Assembly: GCA_040752275.1 (NCBI GenBank)
Contig: JBFMFH010000002.1
Coordinates: 5,958 to 69,957, forward strand
DNA from: Acidobacteriota bacterium
GTDB taxonomy: Bacteria; Acidobacteriota; Vicinamibacteria; Vicinamibacterales; JAKQTR01
Reading direction: 5' to 3'
DNA length: 64,000 nucleotides
Shown: positions 10,806 to 20,586 of the stretch, piece by piece
How the letters are laid out: each line of letters opens with the position of its first letter
Numbering within the stretch: the first letter of the stretch is position 1
The notes under the pieces: generated by a model
The model's database searches: none
What the model was told of the DNA's origin: nothing
What the model saw: the letters and a program-made list of their open reading frames with translations, nothing else
Translations under genes and position numbers: made by a program

Positions 10806-11206
10806 CGCTGACTGACTCCGCGCGATCGCGTCGCCCCGGGCGTACGACCCAAAGAAACGAACCAACACGACCCGCTCGCCGAACCGGCGGCGCAGTCCAG
10901 TCACACTCGCCTGAGGCGGTTCGTGGACCGGTGCCGGAAGCCGTGCACCAGCCACGCTCGTCATGGTGCGGTCATTGTACCACCGCCGACATCGGCCCAG
11001 ATTCGGATGAGTTGGTGCTACTCTAGTCTGACCGGAGCCGGTTTCGTCACCCACCCTCGCTCGAACTGCAGGGCTGACGCCCTGCACGACGTGGTCATGG
11101 AACCGGTTCTTCGGTGCGACCCGGGCGACCTTTCGAGGATCGAGTCCGGATCCGCCCGTGCCGCCCGAAGCGACGTTCACACCAAGGCTCACGCTGGGGG
11201 TGTCAC

Positions 11207-12088
11207 ATGACGTGGTCTCGTGCCTTCGTCGTCCTCATCGTTCTCCTGATACTTGCCGCACCGGTTGTCGCCCAGAAGGCCCCGCCCGTTGCCGATATCC
11301 TCCGCGTCGCCAACGAGTACCTGGCCTCGTATGCCCCGCGCCTCTCGGGCGTGTCGGTCGAGGAGGAGTACACGCTGCTCGACGTCTCGGGGGGCCGGGT
11401 GGTGATGACGCGGCGCATCAACTCCGATGTCGTCCTGCTGAACCTCGCCGGCAGGGTCGTCGGCCTGCGCGACCCCTTCTCGGTCGATGACAACCCCCTG
11501 CGCGAGCGAACGCCGCGCATCACGTCGCTGCTGGCAAAGCCGAGCGAGGCGGCGTGGGCCCAGGCACAGGCCTACGCCGGGGAGTCGGTTCGGTACTTCG
11601 AGGACGAGCTCATCCTCCGCCTCAACGAGCCAACGCTTACCCTTCAGTTCGTCGCGCCGGAGAACCAGGCGCGCGTGACCTACAAGGTCGACGGCCGAAA
11701 GAAGATCGACGGCGTCGAGACCATCGTGCTGAAGTTCCAGGAGACCAAGGTCAAGCCGCCGGACTACATTCTCGACACACCCGGCGCGGCCGTCGCATCA
11801 GGCAAGCTCTGGGTCGACCCCGCGACGGGACGGATCCACCGAACTGAGCTGTCGATGCAGTCCGACTCGGAGTCCGCGCACATCATCGTGGACTACGCGC
11901 GCCACGCCGGGCTCGACCTGTGGCTGCCGTCGTCCATGGTCGGTACTTACGAGGTGACCGAGCGGGTCGGCCCCGGCATGAGCAACCTGGGGGCCGGCAC
12001 GCCGGGAATCGCACGCCGCGCGTTCGACTGCCGCGCGAACTACTCGAACCCGCGGCTGACGCCGATCGACATGCGCGTGACCAGGTAG
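11207..12088 (+). CDS. secreted hypothetical protein
   Basis: MTWSRAFVVLIVLLILAAPVVAQ signal peptide at ATG 11207. Codon third positions are GC-rich. No family recognised. Confidence 0.55.
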   Translation: MTWSRAFVVLIVLLILAAPVVAQKAPPVADILRVANEYLASYAPRLSGVSVEEEYTLLDVSGGRVVMTRRINSDVVLLNLAGRVVGLRDPFSVDDNPLRERTPRITSLLAKPSEAAWAQAQAYAGESVRYFEDELILRLNEPTLTLQFVAPENQARVTYKVDGRKKIDGVETIVLKFQETKVKPPDYILDTPGAAVASGKLWVDPATGRIHRTELSMQSDSESAHIIVDYARHAGLDLWLPSSMVGTYEVTERVGPGMSNLGAGTPGIARRAFDCRANYSNPRLTPIDMRVTR

Positions 12089-12234
12089 CCGACCGTCCGT
12101 GATGCAGTCGGACCCGGTGGTTTGGACGAGTCGCTCGGGCGGCCGCACGGCCTGCCGCGCCAGAGCCGGGTGTCGTGTCACCGGCTCCGGCGGGCCGCGG
12201 CCTGGCTCTCGTCCCGTCTCCCGGCGCCCGATTT

Positions 12235-12242
12235 GCTATACT
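12235..12242 (+). promoter_or_regulatory. extended -10-like element TGCTATACT upstream of korA
   Basis: Same TTGCTATA(A/C)T string as the one upstream of ndk. A/T-rich in a GC-rich spacer, about 100 nt before ATG 12346. Confidence 0.3.
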
Positions 12243-12345
12243 TACCAGTTTAGTGGGCAATTGACTCTCCTAGCCTGTGGAGTGCGCGTTCCGGCGGGTG
12301 GTCCGTCGGGCGGACGCTTCGCGCGTCGTCCTCCAGGATTGAAGG

Positions 12346-14196
12346 ATGTCCTCTGAACTCGCCGTGCAGGGCCGGCCGTCGGCTGCGACCCGGGCCGAAG
12401 TCGTCAACGACTTCAGTATCCAGGTGGCCACCGTCAACGGATCCGGCAGCCAGACCGCCAACTTGGTCCTGATTCGGTCCATCTTCCAGATGGGCGTGCC
12501 CGTGTCGGGGAAGAACCTCTTCCCATCGAACATTGCCGGCCTGCCGACGTGGTACACGATCCGGGCGAGCAGGCATGGGTACATCGGGCGCAAGAAGGAA
12601 ATCGATCTGCTGATCGCCATGAATCCGGAGACGGCACAGGAGGACGTGCGCGCCCTCGACACCGGTGCGGCCGTCGTGTACGACGCGCCGCTCAAGCTGG
12701 ACGAGGTCCGCGATGATCTCGTCTTCTACCCGGTGCCGTTCGACAAGCTGGTCGCGCCGGCGTGCCCCGACGCCAAGCTCCGCCGTCTCGTCCGCAACAT
12801 GATCTACGACGGCATCCTGTCGAAGCTGCTGAGCATCGACATGGCCGAGATGGAGAAGGCGCTGAACCGCCAGCTCGGGAAGAAGGCGAAGGCCGTTGCC
12901 CTGAATCGGGCGGCGCTCGACGTGGGGTACCAGTACGCCGAACAACACCTGCCGAAGCGCGATCCGTTCCGGGTGGAGCGGATGGACAGGACCTCCGGCA
13001 AGATCCTCATCGAGGCCAACGCAGCCATCGCCATCGGCGCGATGATGGCGGGGGTGACCGTGGTCACCTGGTATCCCATCACGCCGTCATCCACGGTGTG
13101 CGAGACGCTCATCGACTACATGAAGAAGTACCGGATGGAGACGTCCACCGGGAAGGCGACCTTCGCTATCGTGCAGGCCGAGGACGAACTGGCCTCGATC
13201 GGCATGGCGCTCGGGGCCGGCTGGGCCGGTGCGCGGTCGATGACCTCGACCTCGGGCCCGGGCATCTCGCTGATGTCGGAGTTCACGGGCCTGGGCTACT
13301 ACACCGAGGTGCCGGCGGTCATCATCGACGTGCAGCGGGTCGGGCCCTCGACCGGGCTGCCGACGCGCACGGCTCAGGGCGACATCCTGTCGACCGCGGT
13401 GCTGTCACACGGCGACACCAAGCACATCCTGCTCATCCCCTCGTCGGCCGAGGAGTGCTACGAACTGACGATGACGGCCTTCGATCTGGCCGAACGGTTC
13501 CAGACGCCCGTGTTTGTCATGACGGACCTCGACCTCGGCATGAACACGTGGATGGCCGACCGGTTCGCCTACCCGGATCGGCCCCTCGACCGGGGGAAGC
13601 GGCTCGATGCCGACACGCTCGCGCGCCTGGGCGGCTGGGGGCGCTACCATGACGTCGATGGCGACGGCATCCCGTACCGGTCGGTCGTCGGCGACGGCAT
13701 GCCGTCGTACTTCAACCGCGGGTCCGGCCACAACGCCCGCGGGCAGTACAGCGAGCGCGCCGACGATTACACGGCGAATGTCGACCGTCTGGCCAGGAAG
13801 TTCGAGACGGCCCGCTCGTGGGTGCCGAGGGAGCACATCGACGTCGACCCGGACGCGGAGGTCGCGCTCGTGGCGTACGGCAGCAGTCATGGGGCTGTCG
13901 AGGAAGCGCGCGATCAGCTTCGTCAGGAAGCGGGCATCAGGACCTCCTACATGCGCCTGCGGGCGTATCCCTTCACGACAGAGGTCGAGCGGTTCATCGA
14001 CCGGCACACCCGCGTGTATGTCGTCGAGCAGAACCGTGACGCGCAGATGTTGAGCCTGCTCAAGCTGGATCTGACCCCCGGTCAGATCGGGAAGCTGCGG
14101 AGCGTGCTCTACTACACTGGGCTGCCCATCGATGCCCGGACGATCAGCGACGAGGTCACGGCACAGGAGGCGGACATCCGCACGGCGAGAGGTTGA
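12346..14196 (+). CDS. korA: 2-oxoacid:ferredoxin (acceptor) oxidoreductase subunit alpha
   Basis: N-terminus VNDFSIQVATVNGSGSQTANLVLIRSIFQMGVPVSGKNLFPSNIAGLPTWY is typical of the fused gamma/alpha KorA. Followed by the beta subunit. Confidence 0.9.
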   Translation: MSSELAVQGRPSAATRAEVVNDFSIQVATVNGSGSQTANLVLIRSIFQMGVPVSGKNLFPSNIAGLPTWYTIRASRHGYIGRKKEIDLLIAMNPETAQEDVRALDTGAAVVYDAPLKLDEVRDDLVFYPVPFDKLVAPACPDAKLRRLVRNMIYDGILSKLLSIDMAEMEKALNRQLGKKAKAVALNRAALDVGYQYAEQHLPKRDPFRVERMDRTSGKILIEANAAIAIGAMMAGVTVVTWYPITPSSTVCETLIDYMKKYRMETSTGKATFAIVQAEDELASIGMALGAGWAGARSMTSTSGPGISLMSEFTGLGYYTEVPAVIIDVQRVGPSTGLPTRTAQGDILSTAVLSHGDTKHILLIPSSAEECYELTMTAFDLAERFQTPVFVMTDLDLGMNTWMADRFAYPDRPLDRGKRLDADTLARLGGWGRYHDVDGDGIPYRSVVGDGMPSYFNRGSGHNARGQYSERADDYTANVDRLARKFETARSWVPREHIDVDPDAEVALVAYGSSHGAVEEARDQLRQEAGIRTSYMRLRAYPFTTEVERFIDRHTRVYVVEQNRDAQMLSLLKLDLTPGQIGKLRSVLYYTGLPIDARTISDEVTAQEADIRTARG

Positions 14197-14205
14197 GGAT
14201 CCATC

Positions 14206-15258
14206 ATGTCGACGGCAACGCCAGCAGCGCCCACACCGGGCAAGAAGGTCAACCGCATCAACCTCGACGTCCAGGCGTACCGCGGAGGCAAGACCACGCT
14301 GTGCGCCGGGTGCGGCCACAACGCCATCTCGGAGCGCATCGTCGAGGCGTTCTTCGAGATGGGTGTCGACCCCACCCGGGTGATCAAGCTTTCGGGGATT
14401 GGGTGTTCGTCGAAGAGCCCGGCGTACTTCCTCGGCTCCGCGCACGGTTTCAACGCCGTCCACGGCCGGATGCCCGCGGTGGCGACCGGTGCCGTGCTGG
14501 CGAACCGCACCGTGATGCCCGTCGGCGTGAGCGGGGACGGCGATACGGGCGCGATCGGAACGGCGCACTTCGTCCACCTGATGCGCCGCAACATCCCCAT
14601 CATCTACATCGTCGAGAACAACGGCTGCTACGGCCTGACGAAGGGGCAGCTGTCGCCCACGGCGGACATCGGCTCGAAGCTGAAGAACGGCGTCGTCAGC
14701 GATCTGCCGCCGATGGACCTGTGCGCCCTCGCCATCCAACTCGGCGCGTCCTTCGTTGCACGGTCGTTTTCGGGCGACAAGAAGCAGCTCTCGGCGCTGC
14801 TCAAGGCGGCCATCGCGCACCGCGGCACGGCGCTCCTCGACGTGATCTCCCCCTGCGTGACCTTCAACGACCATGAGGGGTCGACCAAGAGCTACGCGTA
14901 CGTCAAGGACCACCAGGATCCGCTCAGCGAGATCAGCTTCGTGCCGTTCTTCGACGATATGAGCGTGGACTACGAGCCGGGCACGACCGAGACGGTGACG
15001 ATGCCGGATGGGTCACGGATCGTGCTGAAGAAGCTCGACGAGGGGTACGACCCCCACAACAGGGTGGCAGCGCTGACGCTCCTGCACGAGAGTAATCAGA
15101 AGGGCGAGTTCGCCACCGGGCTGATCCACATCGAGCCCGACCGCGAGACCTTCATCGATCTGCTGGATCTGGTGGACACGCCCCTGTCGATGCTGGGGGA
15201 AGATCAGGTCCGCCCGCCGAAGGCGGTGCTGGACGAGATCATGGATGGGCTTCAGTAG
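14206..15258 (+). CDS. korB: 2-oxoacid:ferredoxin oxidoreductase subunit beta (TPP-binding)
   Basis: Has CAGCGH and the TPP motif VSGDGDTGAIG...ENNGCYGLTKGQ. Confidence 0.9.
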   Translation: MSTATPAAPTPGKKVNRINLDVQAYRGGKTTLCAGCGHNAISERIVEAFFEMGVDPTRVIKLSGIGCSSKSPAYFLGSAHGFNAVHGRMPAVATGAVLANRTVMPVGVSGDGDTGAIGTAHFVHLMRRNIPIIYIVENNGCYGLTKGQLSPTADIGSKLKNGVVSDLPPMDLCALAIQLGASFVARSFSGDKKQLSALLKAAIAHRGTALLDVISPCVTFNDHEGSTKSYAYVKDHQDPLSEISFVPFFDDMSVDYEPGTTETVTMPDGSRIVLKKLDEGYDPHNRVAALTLLHESNQKGEFATGLIHIEPDRETFIDLLDLVDTPLSMLGEDQVRPPKAVLDEIMDGLQ

Positions 15259-15298
15259 GCGACGGGCGCCAGGAGACAGGAACCTCGCCTACCGCTGT

Positions 15299-15349
15299 CG
15301 CCTGACGCCGCTGTCCCTGTCGCCCGTCGCCTGACGCCTGACGCCTGTT
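15299..15349. repeat. degenerate heptamer tandem array (CGCCTGA / CGCCTGT; reverse complement CAGGCGT)
   Basis: cgcctga cgccgct gtccctgt cgcccgt cgcctga cgcctga cgcctgt, in the convergent spacer after korB. Confidence 0.6.
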
Positions 15350-15350
15350 C

Positions 15351-15533
15351 TTACCCCTGCGTCTCGTCGACCTCCGCCCCGAGCACATCCTCCGCAATCG
15401 CAACTTCGTCGTCGGGCAGGCCATTCTCGTCCAGGGCTTCGCCGTGGAGGTTCCATTGCTGCGGATCGGTCGGCCGATCCCCTTCGAGCGTGCCCTTCTT
15501 CGCGAACTGATCCCGGTGGGCCGGCGGGTGCAT
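15351..15533 (-). CDS. small acidic hypothetical protein (60 aa)
   Basis: MHPPAHRDQFAKKGTLEGDRPTDPQQWNLHGEALDENGLPDDEVAIAEDVLGAEVDETQG, with GC-rich third positions. The start is uncertain (ATG 15533 or 15550). Confidence 0.35.
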   Translation of the reverse strand: MHPPAHRDQFAKKGTLEGDRPTDPQQWNLHGEALDENGLPDDEVAIAEDVLGAEVDETQG

Positions 15534-15772
15534 GACGGGCGCTACGATCATGAGGCCCCCATTCGGCGCGATCGCGCCAGATGATGGCCCCAGCTTACGC
15601 GGCTTTCGCGCTGAGATCAACGCACGCGACACGCCCGCGCGAGTCCCACACCCGGTCGTGCCGTCGCTGCTTCCCACCCGCCATTCTGAGGACGCGCCGC
15701 GCGAACGGAATGCCGTGGTGCGTCGAGGGCGTCGGTTCCAGCGTTCGTGGACACGACGGGAACCGGCCCCTT

Positions 15773-15780
15773 GCTATAAT
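15773..15780 (+). promoter_or_regulatory. extended -10 TGCTATAAT, 9 nt upstream of the ndk ATG (leaderless or near-leaderless mRNA)
   Basis: Perfect TGnTATAAT at 15773-15780. The ATG is at 15790 and no SD lies between them. Confidence 0.4.
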
Positions 15781-15789
15781 CGACAGGAT

Positions 15790-16203
15790 ATGGAACGTAC
15801 ACTCGCGATCATCAAACCCGACGCAGTCGAGCGGAAGCTCGCTGGCCGCATCCTCCAGCGCATCGAGGAGGCCGGCTTCACGATTCGCGCCCTGCGCCTG
15901 GTTCACCTCACCCGGACCGAAGCAGAGGGGTTCTACGCCGTCCACCGCGGCAGAGGGTTCTTCGAGAGCCTGACGGCCTTCATGTCCTCCGGACCGTGCA
16001 TCGTCATGACGCTTGAAGCCGACGGCGCGATCAGGAAGTGGCGGGACCTGATGGGCGCCACCGACCCGGGCAAGGCGGCTCCGGGCACGATTCGGGCCGA
16101 GTTCGGATCGAGCATCGAGCGCAACGCCACGCACGGATCGGACGCGCCCGAGACGGCGGCGTTCGAGACGGGGTACTTCTTCCGGGGTCTGGAACTGGTG
16201 TGA
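15790..16203 (+). CDS. ndk: nucleoside-diphosphate kinase
   Basis: MERTLAIIKPDAVER...NATHGSD, with the active-site His. Confidence 0.95.
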   Translation: MERTLAIIKPDAVERKLAGRILQRIEEAGFTIRALRLVHLTRTEAEGFYAVHRGRGFFESLTAFMSSGPCIVMTLEADGAIRKWRDLMGATDPGKAAPGTIRAEFGSSIERNATHGSDAPETAAFETGYFFRGLELV

Positions 16204-16286
16204 CGCGCAGAGACGCGACTCGTGTCCCCGGGGCCGAGGCCCCTGGGTGCGGCGAAGCCCTCAGGGAGCGACGGGGGACTCCAGGC

Positions 16287-16496
16287 ATGGAGATGACCAC
16301 GCTCGGCAGGTTGCTCGTGTTCGCCGGCCTCGTGGTGGCCGTGGCCGGGCTGCTGCTCTGGTGGGGTGTGCCGTTTGGCCGCCTGCCCGGCGACATCGTC
16401 GTGCGCCGGGAGAGCTTCAGTTTCCACCTGCCGATCACGTCGTCGATCATCGTGAGCGTCGTGCTCACGCTGCTGCTGGCGCTCTTCAGGCGTTGA
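16287..16496 (+). CDS. DUF2905-like small membrane protein
   Basis: GRLPGDIVVRRESFSFHLPITSSIIVSVVLTLLL with two TM segments, 69 aa from ATG 16287. Confidence 0.65.
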   Translation: MEMTTLGRLLVFAGLVVAVAGLLLWWGVPFGRLPGDIVVRRESFSFHLPITSSIIVSVVLTLLLALFRR

Positions 16497-16497
16497 T

Positions 16498-17775
16498 ATG
16501 ATCCCAGCCATCCGTGGTACGCGCGACATCCTGCCGGGAGAGGTCGAGCGCTGGCAGCGCGTCGAAGAAACGGCCCGCCGCGTGTTCGAGCGCTACGGCT
16601 ATGCCGAGGTCCGCACCCCGATCATCGAGCGCGAGGAACTCTTCGCCAAGGGGACCGGCGAGACGACCGACATCGTCCAGAAGGAGATGTACGCGTTCAC
16701 CGACAAGGGCGGCGAGCGCGTGACGCTCCGCCCCGAGGCCACACCCAGCCTGGTGCGCGCCTTCGTGGAGCACAGCCTCGAGCAGGACATGGCGGTCCCG
16801 AAGCTCTACATGATGGGGCCGATGTTCCGCTACGAGCGTCCCCAGAAGGGACGATACCGGCAGTTCCATCAACTCGACGTCGAGGTGTTTGGCGTCAGCG
16901 ACCCGGCCATCGATGCCGAGGTCGTCGACCTCGCGTGGACGCTGGTGTCCGAGCTGGGGATCCGGGACGTCGCGTTGCACGTCAACTCCGTCGGCTGCGC
17001 GGCCTGCCGGCCATCCTTCAGCGCCGCCCTCGTGAGGGCGCTCGGGCAGGACGTCTCGAAGCTGTGCGGAGACTGCCAGCGGCGGGCCGTGACCAACCCG
17101 CTGCGGATCTTCGACTGCAAGGTCCCCGCTGACCAGCCGACGATCGACGCGCTGCCGCACTCGATCGACTACCTCTGCGAGGCGTGCCAGGAACACTTCC
17201 GGGCCGTCGGGCGCCACCTGAGCGCGTTCGGCATTCCGTTCACGGTGTCGCACCGCCTCGTGCGCGGCCTCGACTACTACACGCGCACGACGTTCGAGAT
17301 CCTCTCCGGGAGCATCGGCGCGCAGAACGCCATTCTTGGCGGCGGACGCTACGACGGACTCGTGAAGCAGCTCGGCGGGCCGGACCGCGTCGGCATCGGG
17401 TTTGCTGCCGGCATCGAACGGCTGGTGCTCGCGATGCCGGTCGGCTGGGGGGCTCCCGAGCGCTGGCGCGTGTTCGTGGCCGCCATGGGGAACGCCGCAC
17501 GCGAGGCGGCGATCGGCCTTCTGCGCGAACTGCGCCACGTCGGCCTCGAAGCGCACATGGAGTACGAGGGACGGAGCATCCGGTCGCAGATGAAGCGGGC
17601 GGACAGGCTTGGGGCACACGTTGCCCTGATCATCGGCGAGGACGAGCTGGCCCGCGGTGATGTGACGGTGAAGGACATGGTGAAGGGGGAACAGACCCGC
17701 GTCGCGCGCGCCGAGCTCGTGGCGTACCTGAAGGGGAGCGGCACGGAACTGAAGAGGAGCCATCCCCGTGGTTGA
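16498..17775 (+). CDS. hisS: histidine--tRNA ligase
   Basis: IRGTRDILPGE, MGPMFRYERPQKGRYRQFHQ and RGLDYYTRTTFE class II motifs. Confidence 0.95.
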   Translation: MIPAIRGTRDILPGEVERWQRVEETARRVFERYGYAEVRTPIIEREELFAKGTGETTDIVQKEMYAFTDKGGERVTLRPEATPSLVRAFVEHSLEQDMAVPKLYMMGPMFRYERPQKGRYRQFHQLDVEVFGVSDPAIDAEVVDLAWTLVSELGIRDVALHVNSVGCAACRPSFSAALVRALGQDVSKLCGDCQRRAVTNPLRIFDCKVPADQPTIDALPHSIDYLCEACQEHFRAVGRHLSAFGIPFTVSHRLVRGLDYYTRTTFEILSGSIGAQNAILGGGRYDGLVKQLGGPDRVGIGFAAGIERLVLAMPVGWGAPERWRVFVAAMGNAAREAAIGLLRELRHVGLEAHMEYEGRSIRSQMKRADRLGAHVALIIGEDELARGDVTVKDMVKGEQTRVARAELVAYLKGSGTELKRSHPRG

Positions 17776-19534
17776 CAAGCTCGGAGATTGGGCACGCACG
17801 CACACGTGCGGCGAACTGCGTGTGGAGCATGTCGGGCAAGAGGCCCTGTTGCTGGGGTGGGTGCACCGCGTGCGCGACCTCGGCGGCCTGGTCTTTCTCG
17901 ACCTGCGCGATCGGCACGGACTGACCCAGATCGTGTTCGACCGCCACGGCTTGTGCGAGCGCGCCCGGCAGGTCCGCGCCGAGTTCGTGGTCGGCGTCCG
18001 CGGCCTGGTGCGCCATCGGGCCGGAGACGCCGTCAATCCAAGGATGCCCACCGGCGCCGTCGAGGTCGTGGCGGGCGAGTTCAAGATCCTCAGCCACGCC
18101 CGCGTCCCGCCCTTCGTGATTGCCGACGAGGTGGCGGCCTCCGAGGAATTGCGGCTGCGATACCGGTACCTCGACCTGCGCCGGCCGGCCCTGCAGGCCA
18201 ACCTCGGGCTCCGGCACCGCATCACGATGGCCGTGCGCAAGTACTTCGACAGCGTCGGTTTCTGGGAGGTGGAGACGCCCGTCCTGACCAGGTCGACGCC
18301 GGAGGGCGCCCGCGACTACCTCGTGCCAAGCCGCGTGCATCCTGGCGAGTTCTACGCCCTGCCGCAGTCGCCGCAGATCTTCAAGCAGATCCTGATGATT
18401 GCCGGCACCGACCGCTACTTCCAGATCGTCAAGTGTTTTCGCGACGAGGACCTGCGGGCGGACCGGCAGCCGGAGTTCACCCAGATCGACGTCGAGATGT
18501 CGTTTGCGACACGCGAGATGGTGTTTGCGACCATTGAGCCGCTCATCCGGGACGTGTTCCGGGTCATCGGGCGCGATGTCAACATGCCGTTTCCCCGCAT
18601 GACCTACGCCGACGCGATCGCAAAGTACGGGTCGGACAAGCCGGACCTGCGCGTCGGAATGGCCATCACCGACGTGTCCAGCGTGTTCGTTGGGTCAGGC
18701 TTTGGCCCCTTCCGCGACGCTGTGGCTGCCGGCGCTGCAGTGCGTGGGTTCGTCGTGCCAGGCGCCTCGGCCTTCTCGCGCAGGCAGCTCGACGACCTGA
18801 ACGAGCGGGCGCGCGCGCTGGGTGCAGGCGGCGTGGTCTGGGCCCGGCGTCCGGGAGGAACCGTCCAGAGTTCCGCCCTGAAGGCTGCGGGCGGACCCAC
18901 GGTGACTGCGGCACTCGACGCGGCGCAGGCGGGGGAGCAGGACCTGCTCCTCATGTGCGCCGGGGCGCCGGACGCCGCCTCGAAGGTGCTCGGCCAGTTG
19001 CGCCTCGACATCGCAAGGAGCCAGGGGTGGCTCAAGCCCGACGAGTTTGCCTTCACCTGGGTGACGGAATTCCCCCTGCTCGAGCGGGACGAGGCGGAGG
19101 GGCGCTGGGTGGCCATGCACCACCCGTTCACCTCGCCGATCGAGTCCGACATGGATCGTCTCGAAGAGGATCCGGGCGGCGTGAAGGCCCAGGCCTACGA
19201 CCTCGTGCTGAACGGCGCCGAGATTGGCGGCGGCAGCATCCGCATCCACGACAACGCCTTGCAGAAGAGGATGTTCCGGGCGCTGGGCATCAGCGACGAC
19301 GAGGCGAGGCTTCGATTCGGGTTCTTCCTCGAGGCCCTCGAATACGGCACGCCGCCTCATGGCGGCATCGCCCTCGGTCTCGACCGCATCGTCGCCATGC
19401 TGGCGGGCGAGCCGTCGATCCGTGACGTCATCGCCTTCCCCAAGACAACCCAGGCGGTCGACCTGATGTCGGCCGCGCCCTCCGCCGTTGACGGCCGCCA
19501 ATTGAAGGACCTCCGGCTGCGGGTCGAACCTTGA
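17768..19534 (+). CDS. aspS: aspartate--tRNA ligase
   Basis: THTCGELR...FLDLRDRHGLTQIVF anticodon-binding OB fold, plus QSPQIFKQ and GGIALGLDRI. The GTG start overlaps the hisS stop. Confidence 0.95.
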   Translation: MVDKLGDWARTHTCGELRVEHVGQEALLLGWVHRVRDLGGLVFLDLRDRHGLTQIVFDRHGLCERARQVRAEFVVGVRGLVRHRAGDAVNPRMPTGAVEVVAGEFKILSHARVPPFVIADEVAASEELRLRYRYLDLRRPALQANLGLRHRITMAVRKYFDSVGFWEVETPVLTRSTPEGARDYLVPSRVHPGEFYALPQSPQIFKQILMIAGTDRYFQIVKCFRDEDLRADRQPEFTQIDVEMSFATREMVFATIEPLIRDVFRVIGRDVNMPFPRMTYADAIAKYGSDKPDLRVGMAITDVSSVFVGSGFGPFRDAVAAGAAVRGFVVPGASAFSRRQLDDLNERARALGAGGVVWARRPGGTVQSSALKAAGGPTVTAALDAAQAGEQDLLLMCAGAPDAASKVLGQLRLDIARSQGWLKPDEFAFTWVTEFPLLERDEAEGRWVAMHHPFTSPIESDMDRLEEDPGGVKAQAYDLVLNGAEIGGGSIRIHDNALQKRMFRALGISDDEARLRFGFFLEALEYGTPPHGGIALGLDRIVAMLAGEPSIRDVIAFPKTTQAVDLMSAAPSAVDGRQLKDLRLRVEP

Positions 19535-19624
19535 CGGTTCCTGGATCGTATAGTACCATTCTGCCGCTGTTAAAGTGCTGTAAGGTAAGGAGATAGGTTC
19601 ACGACCGCACCGCCGCACAAGATC

Positions 19625-20581
19625 GTGCTCCCCGACGAGGGCCTCGAAGCCCTGTTCGGGTCCTACGACGAGAATCTCCGATACATCGAGTCGCTGGCCA
19701 ACGTCCGCCTGTCGACGCAGGGGCACGAACTCCTGGTGGCCGGTGACGCGTCCGGTGTCGCGCAAGTCGATCGCCTGGTCGACGGGCTGGTGAGTCTCCA
19801 GCGAGACGGGTACCGGGTGACGAATGGCGACGTGAAGACCGCGGCGGACTTGGTCGCCCGCGATCAGTCGGTGGACCTCCGCGACTATTTCCTGAAGGCT
19901 CCCCTGCGAACGGCCGGGCGCCGGCAGGTTGCGGCCAAGAGCGTCAATCAGCGCCGCTACCTGGAGGCGATCGACCGCACGGACATCGTCTTCGGCATCG
20001 GCCCCGCCGGCACGGGCAAGACCTACCTGGCGATGGCCCAGGCCGTCTCCTACTTGCTGGCGAAGAAGGTGAGCCGGATCGTCCTGGCGAGGCCGGCGGT
20101 CGAAGCGGGGGAGCGGCTGGGCTTCCTGCCCGGCGACCTCCAGGAGAAGGTCAATCCCTACCTGCGCCCGTTGTACGACGCCCTGTACGACATGCTTGAC
20201 GGCGAACGGGTCGAACGGCTCCTCGAGCGAGGCACCATCGAGATCGCGCCGCTGGCGTTCATGCGCGGCCGGACGCTCAACGATGCCTTCGTCATCCTCG
20301 ACGAGGCGCAGAACACGACGACCGAGCAGATGAAGATGTTCCTGACACGGCTCGGGTTCGGCTCGAAGGCCGTGATCACCGGCGACATCACGCAGATCGA
20401 CCTGCCCGATGGAAGAACGTCGGGGCTCATCGAGGCGATCCGCGTTGTCGGACACATCGAAGGGATCACCTTCGTGTATTTCGACGAGCGGGACGTCGTG
20501 CGGCACCGGCTCGTACAGATGATCATCAAGGCGTACGAGTCGTCCTCCGGGAACGGCTCCGGCAGCCCCTCGCCCGGCTGA
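19625..20581 (+). CDS. phoH: PhoH-like ATPase
   Basis: Walker [12 protein letters not shown] plus [12 protein letters not shown] 19625 is the only canonical in-frame start after the stop at 19586. Confidence 0.85.
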   Translation: MLPDEGLEALFGSYDENLRYIESLANVRLSTQGHELLVAGDASGVAQVDRLVDGLVSLQRDGYRVTNGDVKTAADLVARDQSVDLRDYFLKAPLRTAGRRQVAAKSVNQRRYLEAIDRTDIVFGIGPAGTGKTYLAMAQAVSYLLAKKVSRIVLARPAVEAGERLGFLPGDLQEKVNPYLRPLYDALYDMLDGERVERLLERGTIEIAPLAFMRGRTLNDAFVILDEAQNTTTEQMKMFLTRLGFGSKAVITGDITQIDLPDGRTSGLIEAIRVVGHIEGITFVYFDERDVVRHRLVQMIIKAYESSSGNGSGSPSPG

Positions 20582-20586
20582 CCCCG

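Noticed and set aside
16203-16290. GC-rich palindrome (ccccggggccgaggcccctggg) after ndk as a rho-independent terminator.
   Set aside because: There is no following T-tract, and the loop would be only 2-3 nt. I could not support calling it a terminator from sequence alone.
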